Shown here: positions 27,301 to 35,996 of the stretch, piece after piece
How positions within the stretch are numbered: the first letter of the stretch is position 1
How the letters are laid out: every line of letters starts with the position of its first letter
Source of the DNA: a virus
Lineage: Duplodnaviria > Caudoviricetes
Length of the DNA: 57,406 nt
Reading direction: 5' to 3' (one strand)
Virus record (IMG/VR): IMGVR_UViG_3300027668_000001
Coordinates: 1-57,406 of that record
Notes under the pieces: generated by a model
Database searches by the model: none
What the model was told of the DNA's origin: nothing
What the model saw: the letters and a program-made list of their open reading frames with translations, nothing else
Position numbers and translations under genes: made by a program

Positions 27301-28362
27301 GTTTTGAGGTTGGGGAGGTGCTGCTTGCATCTGTGGTATTAAATTAGGTGCCATACCAGTCTGGCCATACCCTGAAGAGCCTCCAAGTTCCCTCTGATCA
27401 TAGTTCTGTTGTGGTTCAGGAGAGGTTGGACGTGACTGTGGACGTAATGATGTGTCAGGGGCCATTGGACGTGACTGTGGACGTAGTGATGTGTCAGGTG
27501 CTGCAAGAGGTGGGGTGACAGGTGCCTCAGGTTGTTGAGTCTCCGGACGTGACTGTGGACGGGGTGATGTGTTAACGGTAGCTTGGTTTAAAAGTTCTCT
27601 CTTTGGATTTGGATCTCCAGAAAGTTCATGGTACCTATTTATCCAACCCGCACCATGTTTATCCCAAGTATCAAATGTTTCAAACTTATCTAAGAGTTTG
27701 TTTTTAAAATCTATAGGAGAAAAAGAGTGATTCAAAGGTAGATCATCTGAATATTTATTAATATATCCCATAGTCGTTGGTCCCATAATACCATCTACTT
27801 GGTCTGAGGGCATACCTAACATTTCTTGCATGATCTTTAAACCATGACCACCACTATTAAATATAGAATGGAAATAAATTTCTTGCAATTCTGGAGGAAC
27901 TTTAGCTACCTGATATTTATCATAGTAGTTTTTTACTAAGATCCCTTTAGCCTGTTCCTTAGTAAGTGCTTTCATATCAGCTGCGGTTGGGGTTCTTCCT
28001 AAATAAATTTTAAGTTCTGGAGCAGCAATTCCAAAGTTAGTACCTACAAAAGGTTCGTTGCCTAACTTACCTGCCTTACCATTTGTATAGTTACCATTGT
28101 CATTTACGTCTTTAGAGTAACCAGCTTCTGCTTTAAACACTGACGAAATAAGATCTTCTTTACTTTTAGCAGTACCACCATCATTGTAATGTTGAATACT
28201 ACCACCCATGTTTTTCATTGCACGATGCTGTAAACCTGCGCTATTCATCTGCTCTATCACAGGAGCAAACATAGTTGATGCTTCCTTATTGAGGACAAAT
28301 TCTCCGGGTGTTAGCATCGCAGGTACAGTATCCCGATTAGTCGGATCTGTTTTATCAATCAT
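24331..28362 (-). CDS. Internal virion protein with GH108-like peptidoglycan hydrolase domain
   Basis: DTVPAMLTPGEFV; EAGYSKDVND...TNFGI; VDGIMGPTT; GWINR; start at 28362 has an AGGAG SD. Confidence 0.75.
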   Translation of the reverse strand: MIDKTDPTNRDTVPAMLTPGEFVLNKEASTMFAPVIEQMNSAGLQHRAMKNMGGSIQHYNDGGTAKSKEDLISSVFKAEAGYSKDVNDNGNYTNGKAGKLGNEPFVGTNFGIAAPELKIYLGRTPTAADMKALTKEQAKGILVKNYYDKYQVAKVPPELQEIYFHSIFNSGGHGLKIMQEMLGMPSDQVDGIMGPTTMGYINKYSDDLPLNHSFSPIDFKNKLLDKFETFDTWDKHGAGWINRYHELSGDPNPKRELLNQATVNTSPRPQSRPETQQPEAPVTPPLAAPDTSLRPQSRPMAPDTSLRPQSRPTSPEPQQNYDQRELGGSSGYGQTGMAPNLIPQMQAAPPQPQNSDVIRIEQELANAARDNQMMPSQDMYAGLDPNVMIANQVSVPDPRFIGVPTPRGVQDSPRLSDMGAGGISNFPSSGYTAGYTDEKNMGGPIHLNTGGLSIDQMARRNLQEDVDNAWFKRNERDALTKFDQSQLLIDKMPQRQAPPEPVVAPPLDLSYLPIPNSPPVAGPEWMNTPPPDLSYLPIPNSDQSLLEGSSDSVEEARKEFPFKQLNYSVPRPGSGLGNETFGQGNIFTNGQDRQVISDPRETGFGTLGASGYGQTGDAISRRTVEQQRLMDLRESLPVGSPEHIKISDIITKALSPSMISLDELMSYNLPASIQDVPRMMGNNIPMGGNVIGNDFIGNDPDKYRRSEAQKRLMDLRERLEVGSPEHSKVSNLISGAFTPSMTSLEELTGYNIPPNYGTLYQETRENIPSLDNDIPPVVNKNYKSMTRTELERLATDGDDQAINQIRLNEIEAATDQSDMSTGGDNLYMDRIMRETLERGPLDIVEKQVYSARDTLETTLNVITNLEEYIRLNPGSQQAIQQLADAKAQAEANKLELAKAQEAEKRAEMQLTRKNSDVIRIEQERDNIVPYVNPADNTTVETTVKNPIADVENIVTNLEKENPVLTPAEKAAAEAAAAKLLADKVKNPEVTGAMAMLKGVFGNLFDSKELARAAVMYLGGRATGLSGNQALAFAGKNYIARVDAKESTYNKVAIADTHTKESLAIFKKSMDFGDLVTKGLPAVPTSAQPMTMYDRRTGREITLIQKKVGDGNYWFDGNKQVNLSTLTNDGRFAPNTQANQTYKKSIRDKISTFVGQLDTNNPKRDSAGAIVTGQSYLGIPKAKIGREAVVFAIENGMELEQMEELVEKAYNEALIDTKSGKKISGLSNYFSRAWVESNTTDAQNFFLPSKNSEGKVTFDKPVPIANITTFIKTLKDAAAREGQEELAGMNDTQVSSWLMTTDTYNDWRDLDPELRQGHIDTGAAIGVSGLMQYVMKSMVNGLIA

Positions 28363-28381
28363 ATCATTCTCCTGATAGTGG

Positions 28382-29734
28382 TTACTTCTTTTGTTTTGGA
28401 TAAGGGACTTTACCCCCTTTGTTAAATACTCCAAAGAGTTTTCCTAACCCAAGACCAATGCCTACAGGTCCAAGAGCTGCCATCATAGCAGAGCCTCCTG
28501 CAGCTGCGGTGGCAGCAGTTCCAGCCGCTGCGTTACCTCCCATCATAGTTCCCAGAGAACCCATGAGACCTTTTTTAGCTGCGAGAGCACCAAGACCATT
28601 AGAGATCCCATTATTAACAGCACCCATAGCAACCTCTTCACCAATACCACTTAAAGGTCCAGCTTGTTGAGGGGCAATCTCAGCTTGCATCATTTGACGT
28701 TGACGTATCTCGTCTTCACGAAGACCAGTGTTAGCTACTGAAATACCACCTGTGTTGTAACCTATAGGGCCTCCCATGTTACGTGCTGGTGGGTTGTTAC
28801 CAATATTATTATAACTAACCTTACCACCTGTATTTCCAACAGTACCATACCAACCAGCTGAGGCATTATAATCTTTATTATTAGCATGGTGAGCGTTTGC
28901 CATCATTGACGCCATGTGAAGATCTTGGTCTTTATCATTATTGTGATATCCAAGAGTCGGAGTTGGATCGTAGGTGCTTATAGGTGCTGTTGCTAGGTTA
29001 GATGCTACAGTTGCTCCAGGAATTAATTTAAGAATGGGGGCTTTATTAACGGCATTTTTTATCCCACTAGTAATACCTCCATAGATATCCTTAACACCTC
29101 CAAAGAATCCAGTAGTAGGATCATTTGCATTGTAACCACCACTTACATTTTTAAAACCTGCTGAAGCCATAGATGCTGCAGCATATTCTTCTGGTGTCAT
29201 AGTCTTCTTATCTTCAGCGGTGGGTGCAGGATTAGCTGCAGCCAGATCCGCATTGTAACCTGGATTTTCTGTTACATCAATCGTAGAAATAGTCCCATCT
29301 GGATTAACCTTACCATACACGGATTCTGAACCAAACGTTGCAAAAGCATTATTTACATTTTCATGTGCTACATCCTTATGACCACCATAAGTAGTATAAT
29401 TACCCCCACCAGAACTACCAGCCAAAGGGGCTATGTTAGCTGTGTTCATTTCGTCTGCCTTTTTAAGACTAGCTGCTTGAACTTCAGAGGATAGACCAGA
29501 GGCTGCTAATGCTTGCCGTAATTTACGGCGAGAGTCTGCAAGTGTGTGGTAATCAGGGACACCGGATGCATTACTACCAGCTCCATAACTCAATGGACCA
29601 GAAGTGTTACCGCTTGAATTACCACTCAAGTAGTTCTGAATAGCTGGTGCTGCATAACCCCCCTGAGGTATCCCAGTGTTGACTGCAGGTTGAACTACAC
29701 CACCTTCTTGATACTTTTGAATTATATGTTTCAT
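28382..29734 (-). CDS. Putative internal virion protein (Gly/Ala/Asn-rich)
   Basis: 450 aa; gene position; recurring [YF]xxGG motifs. Confidence 0.65.
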   Translation of the reverse strand: MKHIIQKYQEGGVVQPAVNTGIPQGGYAAPAIQNYLSGNSSGNTSGPLSYGAGSNASGVPDYHTLADSRRKLRQALAASGLSSEVQAASLKKADEMNTANIAPLAGSSGGGNYTTYGGHKDVAHENVNNAFATFGSESVYGKVNPDGTISTIDVTENPGYNADLAAANPAPTAEDKKTMTPEEYAAASMASAGFKNVSGGYNANDPTTGFFGGVKDIYGGITSGIKNAVNKAPILKLIPGATVASNLATAPISTYDPTPTLGYHNNDKDQDLHMASMMANAHHANNKDYNASAGWYGTVGNTGGKVSYNNIGNNPPARNMGGPIGYNTGGISVANTGLREDEIRQRQMMQAEIAPQQAGPLSGIGEEVAMGAVNNGISNGLGALAAKKGLMGSLGTMMGGNAAAGTAATAAAGGSAMMAALGPVGIGLGLGKLFGVFNKGGKVPYPKQKK

Positions 29735-30429
29735 TACTTACCACCCCCACCACCTGATTGGGTACTTGTGCTCCCTATAGCAGGAGAGCCGTACAAACCA
29801 AACAGTCGTTGAATACCTTGATAGGCTGCATCACCTTCGTTTTGATTCTGCTGTTGAATAGCTGAACCAACACCGCCAAGCATAGAGGCACCTGCGCCGA
29901 ATTGATTCTGAAGACCAGTGCCAGCATTCAATACTCCACCTGCCCCAGACAAAGCTGCTGAACGGCGATTGGCAAGCTCAGCTGCAGCCATATCTCCACC
30001 CACTTTCATAGCAGATGTGTCCATAGACTGTTGTGCTCTAGCACTACCAAGATTACCTGACTGACTAAACTGACCTCTCTGTTGACCAATTACGTCACTA
30101 ACAGCGGTACCAATACTATCTTTGAGCGCAGTTGTTTGTTTACCTAGAGCGTCAGCTCCAAACATACCAGTTCCAGCTGCTGCGTTACGATAGGCTTCAG
30201 TAGCCCCGTAGCTATCGGCAGCAATCTTATCGTATACACCACCTGTACCACCTAATTCTTTTTGTTTCTTCATAGCAGCAAGCTGTTCTGGAGTAAATCC
30301 TGCAACATTTTCATAGGCACCTGAACCATATAAATCTACTGCACTACCTAAGCTATCCTCAACATAGGGCTGAGCATAATCTGGTAACCCTGTTGTACTA
30401 GTTGTTGTGTTTCCACCACCACCTGACAT
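29734..30429 (-). CDS. Putative internal virion protein
   Basis: MSGGGG start and GGGGK end; Q/A/G-rich. Confidence 0.65.
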   Translation of the reverse strand: MSGGGGNTTTSTTGLPDYAQPYVEDSLGSAVDLYGSGAYENVAGFTPEQLAAMKKQKELGGTGGVYDKIAADSYGATEAYRNAAAGTGMFGADALGKQTTALKDSIGTAVSDVIGQQRGQFSQSGNLGSARAQQSMDTSAMKVGGDMAAAELANRRSAALSGAGGVLNAGTGLQNQFGAGASMLGGVGSAIQQQNQNEGDAAYQGIQRLFGLYGSPAIGSTSTQSGGGGGK

Positions 30430-30430
30430 A

Positions 30431-30826
30431 TTAAACCTCCTTGGTGAGCGTTATAAACGGCTCACGGTATCCATATTGTTTTAGGGCGCGAACCCAACCC
30501 TTTCGCCCATAGACTACAGTTCTTTTGCAATCATTGAAACGTGCGAAATCTTCTAGTACTTTTAGTATCTCAGGGCCATGAGAGAACCAACCAAAAGATG
30601 TGCAGGCAACTACAGCTAACTGTCGTTTACCTTCTATTTCTTCAAAGCGAGTTATACAAACTTCACCCTCTTCTCTTACCCAGCACTGTCCAACAGCACC
30701 GAGGCATTGTAAAAAGAGTCCGTGAGATGTCACAACCCCAGCTCCATGAACCAATGCTTCTTCAACTAAGGGCCTCAACTTGTTCCATTGTTCTGCCAAC
30801 TCAGGACCACTTAATAGTTTTATCAT
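30431..30826 (-). CDS. Conserved hypothetical protein (GNAT-like; T7 gp13 position)
   Basis: FARxxDC...GRKGWxR motif; lies between tail and internal virion genes. Confidence 0.55.
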   Translation of the reverse strand: MIKLLSGPELAEQWNKLRPLVEEALVHGAGVVTSHGLFLQCLGAVGQCWVREEGEVCITRFEEIEGKRQLAVVACTSFGWFSHGPEILKVLEDFARFNDCKRTVVYGRKGWVRALKQYGYREPFITLTKEV

Positions 30827-32043
30827 TTCTTTAACTCCGTAGTTTCAAGGAATCTGTTTTGCACAGTCGGACTTGAAGGGGAACCCCCATTAAGTTTTAC
30901 ATGCACTGTGATAACCCTAGTACCTGCAGAAGGTGTTAGTGTCATAGCAATGGTTATCATCTGTTCGTGATATGTATGTGTAGTACCATCTGTAAAGAAA
31001 CCAGCGGCTGCATTAAATACACGTTGAGATACTCCATCAAGTCTTATATCAAACTGAACTAAGTTAGCTCCGTCTAGACCACAATTAAATAGAATAGATG
31101 TAAGGTCACCACTAGAGGTAATACTTAAAGTTTCTAATAACTGATATGTTGAAGTTGGTATTAAACTAGCACCAGTAAATGTAGCAAACTTATTAGACAC
31201 AGCATTATCAGTTATCTGTCCTGTGCCAACTACATTGCTGTTAAGTTGAGCAGCAGATGTTATGATACCTGTGGAGGCTAACTTATTCCCAACGATACTA
31301 CCTGCAGCTACATTATCACCATCGATATTAGTTACAGTATTACCATCTAGTGTAAAGTCACCAGATTCAAATGTTACAACCCCTGAGAAAGAAACAACTA
31401 CTCTAGATATTCCACCAGTAGCTGCGCTAGTTGTGGCTGATCCTGTATCATCTGTAAATATAAAATCAGAAAAATAAATCAAAGTAGTTGAAGTTGCACT
31501 AGCTGTTGGGGCAGTCTCTGACCACCCTGAAGTTAATGAGGATAGTGCGAGGGTTGCCCATGTCACTGTAGCAGTTGGGGGACTAGGTGTTCCGGTTGAA
31601 GACGGGAAGTACACCCTCCTAGAGAGCGCCCTAGGTGCTGGAGCACCATCATTACCATCCTCAGACAACAGAGCCACAGTGTTCCAAGTGTTTGCATCAG
31701 TTATTGTAGCTTCTAGGGTTGATACATATCTAAATGTAATCCAAAGATACTTACCACCTGATGCTGGGATTGACCCCACCCATCCATTGTTAGCTACAAT
31801 AGTTACACTCCCAATGTTTGTATAGTTATACGAGACACTGGAAGGTCTAGTTGGAGCTGTCTCTGTTGTAGTTCTTTGATACAGATAGATAGCAGTGTTA
31901 CCTGTCGGTCCAGATGAGCTGGTTGAAGATGATGATCCTTGAGTTCCTGGCAAAGCACTACCCATATTAAGAGCTTGTGTTATTTGATTTGTCCAAGAGT
32001 CTAGGGTAGCATCTCCGGTAAAGGGTGGTCTGATAATTGCCAT
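30823..32043 (-). CDS. Tail-associated protein
   Basis: Ser/Thr-rich 406 aa in the tail module. Confidence 0.6.
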   Translation of the reverse strand: MAIIRPPFTGDATLDSWTNQITQALNMGSALPGTQGSSSSTSSSGPTGNTAIYLYQRTTTETAPTRPSSVSYNYTNIGSVTIVANNGWVGSIPASGGKYLWITFRYVSTLEATITDANTWNTVALLSEDGNDGAPAPRALSRRVYFPSSTGTPSPPTATVTWATLALSSLTSGWSETAPTASATSTTLIYFSDFIFTDDTGSATTSAATGGISRVVVSFSGVVTFESGDFTLDGNTVTNIDGDNVAAGSIVGNKLASTGIITSAAQLNSNVVGTGQITDNAVSNKFATFTGASLIPTSTYQLLETLSITSSGDLTSILFNCGLDGANLVQFDIRLDGVSQRVFNAAAGFFTDGTTHTYHEQMITIAMTLTPSAGTRVITVHVKLNGGSPSSPTVQNRFLETTELKK

Positions 32044-33797
32044 TATCGACTACCTCCTTTACTCGCTTGAATCTGATAGCCTGTGAGAGTCCAATCAAGA
32101 GTGATCTCACTGCTTTGACTTTCAATTCTATAGTTTAAAAATCTACCATTAAACCTGACGTCTGCTTTGTATTCAAGAGCACTGTCAAAAGTTATTGCAT
32201 CATTAGCTGAGAAGTCAATTGCCTCACCAACCTTATCAATGCCATCATACTTGATACTCACTTTAGAAGGACCATCAAATAACAGGGCCATACTAGATAC
32301 ACTCTCAGTGTCAAACTCAGGGGTAATTGCCAAGCGTTTACGTTCTACTAGAGCATTGGGTAAAAACGAAGTACCATCCACACCAACTAGTTTTGTAGGG
32401 CTTCCGAGAAGTAGGTCTCCTCTGCTTGAAGACACAGCATTTGTACCTGTAGGTAAGTCTCTCTTAGTCCACACATTGTTGCGATAGTTCCAAACATATA
32501 TAGTTGAGGTATTCCAAAACCAAATCTCATCATACTTATTAAACCTAACAGATTTAATTGTTGAGTTATTACGGAAAAAGTTTCTTACACGACCATCAGA
32601 AATAGATGCAATAGATCCAGGATGTCCTTCAAACTTATAACAATCATCACTTCCATATACAATGTGCGTACCATCTACTTCAATTACACCATCTGTATTA
32701 TGTACACCATAGTTATCAGTCACTGTAGCAATTTGAAAAGGAATAACAGTAGAGTCGGTTCGCTGCATAGAGTGTATAGATGAGTCTGTATATACGTACA
32801 TCACACCTTGTAGCTCTGCAAGATCTTGAATAGTTCCTGTAGAAGCTAAGATAAATTCATCTGCAGTATTAGCCCCTCTCTTAAAGGGGTTCCAATTCTG
32901 AGGTAGAAATCCTGGACCTGCAACATCAGAGGTTCTGACAGTACCTGTAAGGGTACGACCTCCTGTTTCTTTGAGGTTACCTGCAACTATCAAGTTACCA
33001 TAAGATCTAACAACACCTGCTGTAACAGTAGATACAGGGGTGGTTGTTACAAAGACATTGTAAACAGTGCCACCAGATGATGTGTCTGGAGTGAAGTTAA
33101 AAAAGTTGTTTGCGTAATCAACACCAGAAATTGTACCAATGTTAACCAATGTAGCGTCCGGAGATACAACACCTGAAGAGTTTATAGTAACTGTTTCAGT
33201 GTGTATAGGTGAAGATGTGTTACGAGGGAGCGAAGTAATCTTAATAGAGATTGAGTTACCTGCTCCTGGATTTACAAACACAGTGTTTTTAACTTCTACA
33301 GATCCTGAAGAACCATCATGCTCAAAGGAAGTCATTTCTTCTTCAACAGCATAAGAATCCCATCCGGGAAGAGGTGTCACTCCCGCTGTATCATCTTGTA
33401 GAAACACAGGGGTAGAGTTAGTATTGTTAAAGATGATATGATAACCACCATTAAACAAAGTATGCTGCCAACTCCCACCAGTTACCCCAGTGTTGACACC
33501 ACCCTGTCCAGCCACAACAGAGAAGCTATCATTGTATACTGTAAAAGTTGTATTCGTATTATCATCTGAAATAACTACATACCTATCTCCAAGTGTTGAA
33601 GGCCAGAATGCAACGTACTTAACATTAGTAAGAGATGTAAGCTTATCAACATCGGATGGGAACCTTTTTACAGCCCCACCACTAAAACGAACATTCTTAA
33701 CATCTGAAAAGACATTAGGTGGTAGCGACACTGCTGGAGCATCTTCTACTAGACCTGCTGATGCTAGATCTGTAATCGGTATAATCTGTAGTGGCAT
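32043..33797 (-). CDS. Tail nozzle / stabilisation protein (tail tubular B-like)
   Basis: 584 aa, beta-rich, NVRF N-terminal motif, gene position. Confidence 0.6.
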   Translation of the reverse strand: MPLQIIPITDLASAGLVEDAPAVSLPPNVFSDVKNVRFSGGAVKRFPSDVDKLTSLTNVKYVAFWPSTLGDRYVVISDDNTNTTFTVYNDSFSVVAGQGGVNTGVTGGSWQHTLFNGGYHIIFNNTNSTPVFLQDDTAGVTPLPGWDSYAVEEEMTSFEHDGSSGSVEVKNTVFVNPGAGNSISIKITSLPRNTSSPIHTETVTINSSGVVSPDATLVNIGTISGVDYANNFFNFTPDTSSGGTVYNVFVTTTPVSTVTAGVVRSYGNLIVAGNLKETGGRTLTGTVRTSDVAGPGFLPQNWNPFKRGANTADEFILASTGTIQDLAELQGVMYVYTDSSIHSMQRTDSTVIPFQIATVTDNYGVHNTDGVIEVDGTHIVYGSDDCYKFEGHPGSIASISDGRVRNFFRNNSTIKSVRFNKYDEIWFWNTSTIYVWNYRNNVWTKRDLPTGTNAVSSSRGDLLLGSPTKLVGVDGTSFLPNALVERKRLAITPEFDTESVSSMALLFDGPSKVSIKYDGIDKVGEAIDFSANDAITFDSALEYKADVRFNGRFLNYRIESQSSEITLDWTLTGYQIQASKGGSR

Positions 33798-33824
33798 CGC
33801 TACCTCCTGTTTTAATCTAATAAC

Positions 33825-35576
33825 TCACGAGCACTCTCGCTGTCCAGTAGTCGGATCAAAAAAACACGCCTCTGCTTTCTTTCCATCCGCCTCTGAAGGG
33901 ATTTCAATCTGGCCCTCTGTTTCCGCTTCCGCTTCCACGGTCTCATTGAAGATTCCGTAGCGTTTTCCTGTGATCCTAAATGTAGTACAGCCCTTGGCTC
34001 CCTCTTTCCATGCCGTTTCGTAAACACGTTTGAAATCATCATAGCTGACATCACCTCCTACATTGCAGGTTTTAGAACAAGCACTATCAATGTAGTGCTG
34101 AGCCAAAGTTAAAACAGCTAAGTGTTCATAAACTGAAATATCATCTGCCTTTCGTCCTTCGACTCCTCGTGCAAAAGCATAGTCCTTAACGTTGTCATAA
34201 CGTGGTCCGTCAAAAGTCTGGATGGTACGCTCGTATGAATGTGAAAAGACTGGCTCGATTCCTCCACTGACATTATCTGCCACGAGGGAGATTGTCCCAG
34301 TAGGCGCAATAGATGTGAGGTGGCTGTTCCTAATACCATGCTTTCGGATCTCCTTCTGAACAAATGCTGGGAGTGTACGAATAAAGTTACCCTTCAGGTA
34401 CTCTTCACGATAGAGAGGGAATGCTCCTTTCTCTTCTGCAAGTTTTGCTGATGCGTAGTAGGTGTTGTCTCTGAGACATGCGAAGACTTTTTCCATCCAT
34501 CGGAGGAACGGTTTAGACCCATACTCATATCCAAGCATCTCGCCTGCATTAGCAAGACCTGTAACGCCGAGTCCCATTCTCCGCTTATTCTTCGCTTCAT
34601 CTTCTTGTTCCTTCAGTGGGTAAATAGTACGATCAACAACATTATCCATAGCACGAACAACGTGAGGGATGTCTTCTTTGAATTGAGCAAAGTCAAATGT
34701 ATATTTACCATTCTTATTAATTAAATACTTAGTGCAGTTAAAAGAGCCTAGAAGACAGGCACCATAGGGAGGAAGAGGCTGTTCACCACATGGGTTAGTT
34801 GCACTAATGTCCTCACAGTAGTATAAGTTATTCATCTCTTGGATACGATCAATAAATAAGACACCGGGTTCAGCCCAATCCCATGTAGACTCCATTGCTA
34901 GATCCCAGATCTCCTTAGCAGAGACTGTTTCATGTACAATACCATCAAAGATTAGGTTAAAGCTGTCATCCTCTTTAGAGAGAGCTTCCATAAATTTATC
35001 AGTAATGCCTAGTGATATATTAAAACCAGTAAGCTTATCAGAATTACGTTTAGAAGTAATGAAGTCAACAATATCGGGATGGTCAATACGTAAGACACCC
35101 ATCTGTGCGCCTCGTCTGTGGCCACTACTACTAATGGTTTGACACACTGCATCAAATATAGACATAAAAGAAATAGGCCCACTAGCTTGGCTCTCCAATG
35201 ATTTAATTTGAGTACCTCTAGGGCGTACTTTAGAGAAATCATATCCTATACCACCCCCTCTTCGCATTGTCTCTGCTGCTTCTTTAGCACGATCCATAAT
35301 AGAATCCATACTATCTTTAATTTCACCTGATACAAAACAGTTGTAAGCAGTGACAAGCTTACCAGCACCCATTGCAGACTGCACTCGACCAGCTGGAAGA
35401 AACCTTTGCAGTCCAATGATATTCTCTAGTAACCACTGGTGCTCTACACTATCACACAGTGCTCGTGCAATGCGCTTAATTTTACCATCAAAGGTCTCTC
35501 CCTTTTGTCTGTACTTCATTTCATCTAATTCTTGAGACAAGGGAGTAGATGGACCCTCATAAGTAATATTGCGCAT
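33825..35576 (-). CDS. nrdJ: Class II (adenosylcobalamin-dependent) ribonucleotide reductase
   Basis: NCF, GGGIG, RRGAQMG, TNPCGEQPL, IAPTGTIS, KGCTTFR and C-terminal Cys pair; no R2 subunit in the genome. Confidence 0.9.
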   Translation of the reverse strand: MRNITYEGPSTPLSQELDEMKYRQKGETFDGKIKRIARALCDSVEHQWLLENIIGLQRFLPAGRVQSAMGAGKLVTAYNCFVSGEIKDSMDSIMDRAKEAAETMRRGGGIGYDFSKVRPRGTQIKSLESQASGPISFMSIFDAVCQTISSSGHRRGAQMGVLRIDHPDIVDFITSKRNSDKLTGFNISLGITDKFMEALSKEDDSFNLIFDGIVHETVSAKEIWDLAMESTWDWAEPGVLFIDRIQEMNNLYYCEDISATNPCGEQPLPPYGACLLGSFNCTKYLINKNGKYTFDFAQFKEDIPHVVRAMDNVVDRTIYPLKEQEDEAKNKRRMGLGVTGLANAGEMLGYEYGSKPFLRWMEKVFACLRDNTYYASAKLAEEKGAFPLYREEYLKGNFIRTLPAFVQKEIRKHGIRNSHLTSIAPTGTISLVADNVSGGIEPVFSHSYERTIQTFDGPRYDNVKDYAFARGVEGRKADDISVYEHLAVLTLAQHYIDSACSKTCNVGGDVSYDDFKRVYETAWKEGAKGCTTFRITGKRYGIFNETVEAEAETEGQIEIPSEADGKKAEACFFDPTTGQRECS

Positions 35577-35635
35577 GTATATCCTCGTGATATTGTTATA
35601 TGTTAATTAATCCGAAGGGGGATCCTTAGACCCCC

Positions 35636-35655
35636 CTATAAGGAACTTAGAGAAT
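35636..35655 (-). promoter_or_regulatory. Late phage-RNAP promoter upstream of nrdJ
   Basis: ATTCTCTAAGTTCCTTATAGGGGGG on the minus strand. Confidence 0.8.
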
Positions 35656-35659
35656 TTCA

Positions 35660-35986
35660 CTAAGGTTTAGTGGGCCAAGTAACAGTTGGGAATCCAGCCT
35701 GAGTTGGGACATCTCTAAGAGCCTGACGGTATGCTGTCATATCAGATGACATTGTGAGGTCACTTGCAGAAGTCCAATCTGTTTCCATAAGCTTTTTATT
35801 TCTTTCAGATCGAACTAAAGATTTATTATCTTCAAGTACAAGAGCGGCTACTGCATCCGCATCATAGGTCTGACCCATAGAAAGATGTGTTGCATCAGGC
35901 CAACCAGTGCAGAAGTCAGGTATATCTAAGTCGTTCACAGTGATAATGTTTGTAACTATATTGTCTACTATTTGTGCTAATTGCAT
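35660..35986 (-). CDS. Tail fibre assembly chaperone
   Basis: RSERNKKLMETDWT...YRQALRDVP...WP. Confidence 0.8.
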   Translation of the reverse strand: MQLAQIVDNIVTNIITVNDLDIPDFCTGWPDATHLSMGQTYDADAVAALVLEDNKSLVRSERNKKLMETDWTSASDLTMSSDMTAYRQALRDVPTQAGFPTVTWPTKP

Positions 35987-35996
35987 TTAATATCTC

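Noticed and set aside
28362-28434. Programmed frameshift joining the two internal virion genes
   Set aside because: The downstream gene has its own AGGAG SD and ATG at 28362, so no frameshift is needed.
35605-35636. TTAATCCGAAGGGGG as a fifth hairpin promoter
   Set aside because: It shares AATCCGA with the 7458 element but lacks the ACAGG loop and the complementary arm. It is more simply a 5' hairpin of the nrdJ transcript.
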